Below, in pieces: positions 54,936-64,000 of a stretch of 64,000 nt of DNA (position 1 is the first letter of the stretch; each line of letters starts with the position of its first letter). This DNA comes from an uncultured Gemmatimonadales bacterium (GTDB taxonomy: Bacteria; Gemmatimonadota; Gemmatimonadetes; Gemmatimonadales; GWC2-71-9). The translations under genes were made by a program, and so were the position numbers. The notes beneath the pieces were generated by a model. The model worked only from the letters and a program-made list of their open reading frames with translations. It was not told the DNA's origin and did not search any database. Location: the NCBI GenBank assembly GCA_963730915.1, contig CAVSTR010000004.1, forward strand, positions 609,114-673,113, in the 5' to 3' direction.

Positions 54936-55421
54936 AGCCGCAGGTCGACCTCTCGCACGCCGTCCAGACCAAGCGCCATCAGACGGTGAAGAAGGTGACA
55001 GAAGGTCTCGAAGACCTGCGCTACAACACCTCCATCGCGGCGCTGATGGAACTGGTGAACACCCTTCGGGCGGAGAACAGCTGGAATCAGCAGCTGATCG
55101 AGGAGCTGATCGTCATGCTCGCTCCCTTCGCCCCCCACTTCGCCGAGGAGAACTGGGAGCGGCTGGGGCACGACGGCTCGATCTTCGATGCGCGCTGGCC
55201 GGGCTGGGACGAGCGGCTGACGGTGGAGGACTCGGTCGAGATCGCGGTGCAGGTGAACGGGAAGACCCGGTCGAAGGTGTCGGTGCCGCGCGATGCAGAG
55301 CAGGGTGCTGTGGTGGCAGCCGCGCAGGAGGATGCGGCGGTGCGCCGGTTTACCGAGGGCAAGGAGGTTGGGAAAGTGGTGTACGTGCCGAATCGGCTGC
55401 TGAATTTGGTGGTCGGCTAGG

Positions 55422-55455
55422 GCAGAGGAACAAGCGCACTCGGAACATCCTCTGC
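55422..55455. terminator. hairpin between convergent leuS and the receiver gene
   Basis: GCAGAGGA (55422-55429) pairs with TCCTCTGC (55448-55455) around an 18-nt loop. No U-run. Confidence 0.35.
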
Positions 55456-55492
55456 ATCAACTGCCGGCCGCTAGATTGGTGGGACCAGGAGT

Positions 55493-55852
55493 TCAGGCGG
55501 CGAGTAAACTTCGAACAGAGGGGACCAACTGTGGCAAGTCGAACGGCTTGAAGAGGGTACGGACGTCACTCGGAAGGTCGTAGATAGTGTTGACGTGGCT
55601 GCCAGAGATGTGAATGATCGGCAACGTGGGATTGTGCTCTCGCAGGCGTTGGATGAACTCGATGCCGCTCATGCCGGGCATCCGACTGTCTGTCACCACT
55701 AGATCAAAGGATTCAGAAGCGATCCCGACGAGTTCCCAGCCAGCTTGACCGTCGCAAGCCTTCACTACCTCATATCCTTCGTGGCGGAGCATTCGGGCCA
55801 CCAGCTCACAGAGCGCTGGCTCATCGTCCACGACCAGAATGCGTGGAGACAT
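55493..55852 (-). CDS. stand-alone response-regulator receiver (CheY-like)
   Basis: ORF 55493..55888 trimmed to ATG 55852 (MSPRILVVDDEPAL). FDLVVTDSRMPGMSG, IIHISGS, LFKPFD. Confidence 0.8.
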   Translation of the reverse strand: MSPRILVVDDEPALCELVARMLRHEGYEVVKACDGQAGWELVGIASESFDLVVTDSRMPGMSGIEFIQRLREHNPTLPIIHISGSHVNTIYDLPSDVRTLFKPFDLPQLVPSVRSLLAA

Positions 55853-55938
55853 CAGCGTTCTCGAGGCAAGAGGGTCCGGACGGCCCACACCACTGCCTCG
55901 GGCGTGAACGGTTCCCGTAATACGATCGTTTGCGTGCG

Positions 55939-56460
55939 CTAATCCTCAGACGACGGGACGGGCGGTGTCGGCAGCTCATCGAGCGTTGCCACACGTCGCG
56001 GGCCAGTGTCGTCCCGCCGCCGACCATTGGGATAGTTCAGGACTACGGGCTTGGGCTCGGATGAGGTGTCGCCCGCCCTCATTAGTCGTGGCTCAACCAG
56101 AGCCCGCACGGTCAACAACAGACTCTCCGCGGTAAAACCCTCAGGCAGCGTCGGCACATCGTCTGGAAGGCCGTCCGGGATGGTTGAGCCGATATGTAGG
56201 ATTGGGAGTTCTGGTTTGTGGGCTCGCACATTGTTGCAAAGTTCCCCCACGTCAATCCCCGTCCTATACGTGTTCAGCACCAGCAGCTCGATCTTCGGCA
56301 GCAGGGTGCAGAGCTCTTGTGCCGCCCAGCCATCGTGGGCCTGGAACACGTCGTAGTCGCTCATCCGCAGGAGACCCGTAACCGAGAGCAGTAACGCGTT
56401 ATAGTCGCAAATGACAATGCGCCGCCCCTTGGTGGAGGGGACGAGGCGATCCGTTACCAT
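55939..56460 (-). CDS. pseudo-receiver domain protein with Pro/Asp-rich C-terminal extension
   Basis: ORF 55939..56499 trimmed to ATG 56460. Receiver-like fold pattern, but the acidic pocket is IVICDYN (not DD) and the phosphoacceptor position reads ELLVLNT (Asn in place of Asp). Confidence 0.6.
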   Translation of the reverse strand: MVTDRLVPSTKGRRIVICDYNALLLSVTGLLRMSDYDVFQAHDGWAAQELCTLLPKIELLVLNTYRTGIDVGELCNNVRAHKPELPILHIGSTIPDGLPDDVPTLPEGFTAESLLLTVRALVEPRLMRAGDTSSEPKPVVLNYPNGRRRDDTGPRRVATLDELPTPPVPSSED

Positions 56461-56788
56461 GTGGGACCTTAGGTCCGGCGACGACGGCCGGCTTGGCAAG
56501 AAGTACTTCGGTGGGGCATCCGGAACCTACCCTGCCGTACTCCTAATAGATATGGACACTTACCTCGGCTTCCGCTTAGGGTGCCCAGAGCGACATCAAG
56601 TTGGGTGGGCGTTAAACGGCCCGACTTAATTGCTGACTCTCTGGGCCGGTTCGGACATTTTTCAGAATTATCTCTATCCCCTAATATCTTGAAGGTTGGT
56701 TGAAGGCACACCGCCGCTGACAGTCCGGACTATCGGCGGCGGTTCCCCTCGCCTCGATGGCTCGGGACAGGCTCTGACGACGTCCACT

Positions 56789-57481
56789 TCATGCGGCAGG
56801 CCTCACGTCTCCTTCCGCCGGCAGTCCTTCCTCCGGCTCCGTGCCCGCTCGCGGCACACCGAGTACCGTGCTCGCGCTGATCCACGAGCCCAGCAGCTGC
56901 CCGTTCCCGGCAAACCGCTGCCGGTTCCGCGCATCCATCACCCGCACGGTTCGCGCGATCTCGCCGGCCACGCCCCGAAGCTCCCGGGTGGCGCCGACGT
57001 GCGCCGAGCGGCCCTCGTTCCCCAGCGCGATCGCCGCGTCGTACTGATCCAGCATCTGAACGAACTCGTCCAGCACCGGCTGCGACAGCCCGTGCTTCAG
57101 CAGCACCTCCTTGTGCGTCTTGGCGGCGGCGGCCATGCTGCGTGCCGCGGTCTTGAACGACAGGACGGTGTTCTTGCCCGGCTTGAACCGGAAGGTGTTC
57201 CCCAGCTCGTGCTCCTCCCGCGCGGCCGCTCGTCCGACCTCGGCCAGATGCGGGATGGGACCGTTCCGCATGGCGCGGCGGAGCTCCCGCTTCCGCTCCA
57301 CGCCTGCATGGACCTGGAGCAGCCCGTTCCGCTGCGCGGCCGCGGTGTCCTCCGCGCGCGCCACCAGTTGCTCCAGCCGAGTCACTACCGTCGCCGTTCC
57401 CGGGTCGGTGTCGGGGTGCGAGACGCAGAACTCCAGCGCCCGCCGGCCCATCTCGATTTTCCTGCGCGACTCTCCATTCAT
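56789..57481 (-). CDS. hypothetical all-helical protein
   Basis: ORF 56789..57889. ATG 57481 (MNGESRRKIEMGRRALEF...) is preferred because the upstream 136 codons look non-coding. No motif recognised. Confidence 0.45.
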   Translation of the reverse strand: MNGESRRKIEMGRRALEFCVSHPDTDPGTATVVTRLEQLVARAEDTAAAQRNGLLQVHAGVERKRELRRAMRNGPIPHLAEVGRAAAREEHELGNTFRFKPGKNTVLSFKTAARSMAAAAKTHKEVLLKHGLSQPVLDEFVQMLDQYDAAIALGNEGRSAHVGATRELRGVAGEIARTVRVMDARNRQRFAGNGQLLGSWISASTVLGVPRAGTEPEEGLPAEGDVRPAA

Positions 57482-58243
57482 ACATACCTCGTTGCTGCGC
57501 GCTCGTGCGTGGCCGGTCACGCCGGCACTCGTGATGATGCCGATGTGCGAGAGAACCGTCACGCATCCGGCGCGTGCCGGTCGCGCGGATGGTAGAAGCA
57601 TCGAGTGTGCCACCGATTGCATTCGCCGAGAAACTCGTTGCGATGTAGGGAAATCTTGTTGCGACGAGGCGCGATCGTGTTCCACGGAGAGATATTCTGT
57701 TGTGAATGCGGGAAGTGGTGACACGACTGCGGCCGATGCCGTCACGCAGGAGTCAGGCGCTGACACGAACCAGCTGATGGATGAAACGCCGGCATTGTCG
57801 AACGACGCGAACCACTGCCGCGTTGTCGCGATGGGATCGGTTAACAGTGCAAAGGAGTCGCGCGGGACCCCGATCCCGTCGCGCGACAACGCTATAGGAT
57901 GTGAAGCGCGTCAATCACTCGGAACGTAGTCACGATGCATTTCGCCCGGCTCGCGCAGCGCTTGCGCGTGCTTCTATCGGCCTGTGCGATGCACCGTCGG
58001 CACGAAACGCGGACACGACGGCCTGGAACATTTCCTCGTTTGTCTCTCGCACGCACGCGCATGGCCGGGATGAAGGCGCGAATCGAGCGGATGAACGCGC
58101 AATGGAACCTGCCGCGCTCGCTCAGAACACGATGCGAAGACGTCGGACTGTCCCTTTGTCAGGACAGCTTGCTAGTCCTCTAGGTACCCACGGACCCGCC
58201 ACGAAGGTTGACTACCAAACTTGGACGGCGACTAAGTTGCGTC

Positions 58244-59121
58244 ATGCGGATCGCCACCTGGAACGTCAACTCCCTCAAGGCCCGCCTGGAGAAGGTCTCC
58301 TGGTGGCTCGATCGCGCCGGCCCGACGTGCTGCTGATGCAGGAGACCAAGCTGGCGGATGCAGCCGCGCCCGGTCGCCGAGTTCCGCGCTGCCGGCTACG
58401 AGCTGGCTCATCACGGCGAAGGGCAGTGGAACGGAGTCGCGATCGCGAGCCGCGTCGGGATCGCCGACGTCGTGACCAACTTCGGCGAGCCGCTCCGTCC
58501 GGCCCGCACACCCGATGTCGCGGACGACGAGCCGCTGGCCGAGGCGCGGATGATGGCCGCCGACCTGCGGCGGCGTGCGCGTCGTGTCGCTCTACGCTCC
58601 CAACGGCAGGGCCGTCGGCTCGATCTTCTACGAGGCCAAGCTGGCCTGGTACGACCGTCTCGCACGCTGGCTCGAGCAATCGGCCGATCCCGCGGAGCCG
58701 CTCGTGCTCGGCGGCGACTTCAATCTCGCTCCCGAAGACACGGACGTGTGGGACCCCGCGGCCTGCCATGGCGGAACCCACGTGTCACCCCGGGAGCGGG
58801 ACGCCTTCTTCCGGCTGTGTCGCTGGGGTCTGGTGGACGCCTATCGTCTCCGTCGCGCCGAGACCGGATCGCTACACCTGGTACGATTACCGCGCGGGGA
58901 TGTTCCACAAGAACTTCGGCATGCGCATCGATCACCTGCTGGTCACTCGGCCCCTGGCGGAGCGCACCGTGTGGGCCGAGATCGATCGCGAGGCGCGGAA
59001 AGGAAAGCCGATTCCGTCCGACCACGCGCCGCTCGTGATCGATATCGACCAGCCGGGCCACCCCTTCGATGCCGGGTGGCAGGCCGCCCTGGGGAGGATC
59101 GCCGCCCGGGTCCACAGCTAG
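58244..59121 (+). pseudogene. xthA: exodeoxyribonuclease III, four frame disruptions as sequenced
   Basis: MRIATWNVNSLKARLEKVSWWLDRAG (frame of 58244), PDVLLMQETKLADAA, PVAEFRAAGYELAHHGEGQWNGVAI, CGGVRVVSLYAPNG...LVLGGDFNLAPED, PDRYTWYDYRAG...SDHAPLVIDI. Frames change near 58321-58324, 58369-58371, 58564-58565 and 58861-58866. Confidence 0.85.
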
Positions 59122-59189
59122 CGCTTACCGGTAAAAAAATCCTCGGCCGAGGATTGGTTGACTACAAAAGCAAATCGCGACGAGGAGCG

Positions 59190-59489
59190 CTAACGGTGCC
59201 CAACCACCGTGAGCGGAAGTGCTCCCGGGCAGCTCGCCCGCCAGACGAGCTCAGGCCAGCGCCAACGTGCCTCGACGGAGTCACGGGGAAACGCCGGGGA
59301 AGGGTATCGCGCGGCAGAGGGGCATAGAGGCTGCCGCGTGGTGGAGGATGGAGCGACCGACTTTGCCATCACCGGAATAGGAAGATGCGGAGCACTGGCA
59401 GAGACCGACGATTGGACCGGAGCGCAGCCCGCGCCCAGCACTGTCAGTGCAGAAGAGAGCAGCAGAGTCAAACGATCGGCGTGATTCAC
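59190..59489 (-). CDS. possible small lipoprotein (or remnant)
   Basis: GTG start. Signal and lipobox MNHADRLTLLLSSALTVLGAGC. The remainder is low-complexity Pro/Ser/Ala and may be a decayed gene. Confidence 0.3.
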   Translation of the reverse strand: MNHADRLTLLLSSALTVLGAGCAPVQSSVSASAPHLPIPVMAKSVAPSSTTRQPLCPSAARYPSPAFPRDSVEARWRWPELVWRASCPGALPLTVVGHR

Positions 59490-59521
59490 GAGCGCTCTCC
59501 GGAACCTGTCATAACCAGCCT

Positions 59522-59692
59522 ATGGCTCGCCACCGCATCCGTCAAGCACCGCTGGCAGATGCGGTAACCCGGTGGTCACAGTTTTACTCCCCGCTGGTGA
59601 TCGACCTGGATCACCCGGGCCCCCCCTTTGACGCCAGATGGGAGGCGGCTCTGGGGCGCATCGCCGCCCGACTGCCGTCCTTTCGTCGCTGA
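59522..59692 (+). pseudogene. remnant of a second exonuclease III gene (3' end only)
   Basis: HRIRQAPLADAVTRW...SPLVIDLDHPGPPFDARWEAALGRIAARL parallels xthA MRIDHLLVTRPLAERTVW...APLVIDIDQPGHPFDAGWQAALGRIAARV. There are internal deletions and no N-terminal part. Confidence 0.6.
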
Positions 59693-59853
59693 CGCTCCTC
59701 AAGGCATGCTCCGACCGAAGTGAAGGAGACAGAGTCCGGTGCTCGTGCTGGCCCGATTCCGGTTTTGGCTGCATCTTCTCCCGGTCCCATTCAATCAACT
59801 GAACGCCTCATTCGCGTCGTACCTCGCCGTCAACCCGGACAAGGGAGAGTGTC

Positions 59854-60324
59854 ATGCGTGCCGTAACGAGCTGCTGTCTCGCAGTGCTGCTGATGGGGTG
59901 TGGGAAGTCCGCCGAGAAGCCGGCGGACGCCGAGGTTGGCGCTGCCGATGCGATGGACGAGGCGCCGGCCGGGATCTCGTTGGCGGACATGGCCGGAACC
60001 TGGAACATCAAGAGTAAGCTCGACGGATCCGACAAGGTGATCACGTACGACCTGGTGGCGAGCGGCGACGGCTCCTCCTGGACCATCAAGTTCCCCGGTC
60101 GCGAGCCCGTCCCGGCGCGGGTAGTGGCGACCGGCGGCGACAGCGTGGTGTGGGAGGCTGGCCCATTCGAGAGCGTGATCCGGAAGGGCGTGACAGTGAA
60201 GAAGTCGCGGGTCACCGCCCGCCTGCAGGACGGCAAGCTGACCGGCAAGACGACCGCGGTGTACGACGCGAAGGGCGCGGACACTGTGGCGCACCTGACC
60301 ATCGAGGGTACCCGGGCGCAGTAA
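59854..60324 (+). CDS. lipoprotein, unknown function
   Basis: 156 aa. Lipobox LLMGCGKS. Beta-rich remainder. Confidence 0.6.
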   Translation: MRAVTSCCLAVLLMGCGKSAEKPADAEVGAADAMDEAPAGISLADMAGTWNIKSKLDGSDKVITYDLVASGDGSSWTIKFPGREPVPARVVATGGDSVVWEAGPFESVIRKGVTVKKSRVTARLQDGKLTGKTTAVYDAKGADTVAHLTIEGTRAQ

Positions 60325-60356
60325 CCGTGCGGCCCGCGTGCATGAGGCGCGCGGGC

Positions 60357-63525
<3,169 letters not shown>

Positions 63526-63585
63526 TCCTGCCTCTGTTCGTGGAATGGGCGGAATATGCCGGTGAGCGCGGGGGTTAGCCAGTAT

Positions 63586-63813
63586 GAGCTGGGAGCTGGG
63601 AGCTAGGAGCTAGGAGCAACGTTGTCATCCTGAGCCCTTCGACTTGCTCAGGGTAAACTCCGCGAAGGTCTCTCCGAGAGGTAGATCCGGGCTCGGACTT
63701 GGACGAGAGGTACCGGTGGGTTCTGCGGAGGCACTGCGATCCCAATCACAGAACCAGATTCCCGCGTTTCGAGCTCCCAGCTCCCAGCTCCCGGCTCCTA
63801 GCTCCCAGCTCCC
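63586..63813. repeat. composite palindromic element: heptamer GGAGCT[GA] arms flanking a TGTCATCCTGAGC-containing core
   Basis: Left arm 63586-63617 (GAGCTGG GAGCTGG GAGCTAG GAGCTAG GAGC). Box TGTCATCCTGAGC at 63623. Right arm 63771-63813 (GAGCTCC CAGCTCC CAGCTCC CGGCTCC TAGCTCC CAGCTCC C) is the reverse complement of the same heptamer family used at 22.2 kb. Confidence 0.85.
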
Positions 63814-63896
63814 ACGCGGGTGATCCATACCACGGTCCTTCCTACTGGTGCGCACAACCATTCGAGTGCACCGGCGCTTACACACCAGGAGGATCT

Positions 63897-64000
63897 ATGC
63901 CGGAGAAAGAGACGATCGAGCGCGCGCGCAAGGACGCCCGCGAGGGAAAGTCGCCGTCCACCCAGGCCGGCGAGTTCGTGCGGGAGGAGATCCATCACAT
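63897..64000 (+). CDS. small basic protein, N-terminal part (DUF6496-like; runs off the window end)
   Basis: Not in ORF track. ATG at 63897 preceded by AGGAGGA. MPEKETIERARKDAREGKSPSTQAGEFVREEIHH matches a small conserved stress-associated family as I recall it. Confidence 0.5.
   Translation, partial: MPEKETIERARKDAREGKSPSTQAGEFVREEIHH

Larger units (their letters stand above)
52694..55420 (+). pseudogene. leuS: leucine--tRNA ligase, reading frame disrupted twice as sequenced and carrying three in-frame repeat-derived insertions
   Basis: N-terminus in ORF 52637..53002 (MFPYPSAEGLHVGN, RFKRLQGY). Middle in ORF 52926..53702 (DVFEPIGYDAFGIHSEN...AQRNWLGRS). Remainder in ORF 53414..55420 (VFTTRPDTVFGATF, KMSKSHGN, ...LLNLVVG). 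There is an extra C at 52955 and a missing G between 53429 and 53430. The first and last segments share one frame. Confidence 0.9.

Noticed and set aside
57901-58243. N-terminal ~115 codons of the 406-aa ORF 57901..59121
   Set aside because: There is no similarity to exonuclease III. The genuine N-terminus (MRIATWNVNSLKAR) starts at ATG 58244 in another frame.
63625-63885. 86-aa ORF inside the 63.6 kb composite element (GSWELGAGSWELGA...)
   Set aside because: It is a translation of the heptamer arm and the element core. It is not a plausible gene.

Overview
High-GC (roughly two-thirds G+C by eye) bacterial chromosomal segment. Gene content and repeat types resemble Gemmatimonadota/Acidobacteriota-like soil bacteria, which is inference only. 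I call about 60 protein-coding genes and found no rRNA, tRNA, CRISPR, transposase, integrase or phage genes.

Gene blocks, left to right:
- Two paralogous outer-membrane beta-barrel genes.
- A translationally coupled NHEJ operon (ku, LigD-polymerase, LigD-ligase) with two consensus DnaA boxes upstream.
- An osmoprotectant-type ABC transporter.
- DUF1015-serA-serC-amidohydrolase.
- sufE-rho, where Rho lacks the N-terminal helix bundle.
- Ergothioneine genes egtB-egtD-egtA, followed by qor-sseA.
- An M48 protease, an alkyltransferase-like protein coupled to arginase, and a stand-alone receiver.
- A selenocysteine formate dehydrogenase operon (fdhA with in-frame UGA plus SECIS-like hairpin, fdhB, NrfD-type membrane subunit, fdhE).
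- A small-protein / tail-anchored AAA+ / beta-propeller trio.
- A cyanophycin locus with two full-length cphA paralogs, a third CphA-derived protein lacking the ATP-grasp domain, cphB and iadA.
- A degenerate egtB paralog, a second M48 peptidase, an orphan MCP, leuS, two receiver proteins, a decayed xthA locus, and a TPR Ser/Thr kinase.

Three things stand out:
1. The three-synthetase cyanophycin locus, including the ATP-grasp-less N-M protein.
2. A pervasive family of composite palindromic elements. Their arms are tandem 7-8 bp G+C-rich repeats, often coupled to TGTCAYCC(T/C)GAGC REP-like boxes. They fill intergenic regions, supply gene ends, and sit in frame inside leuS.
3. Eight frame disruptions between 49 and 63 kb (egtB-like, leuS x2, xthA x4, kinase), against none seen in the first 48 kb. 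This is either local assembly error or real gene decay.

All functional calls rest on motifs I could read in the translations. No database search was run.
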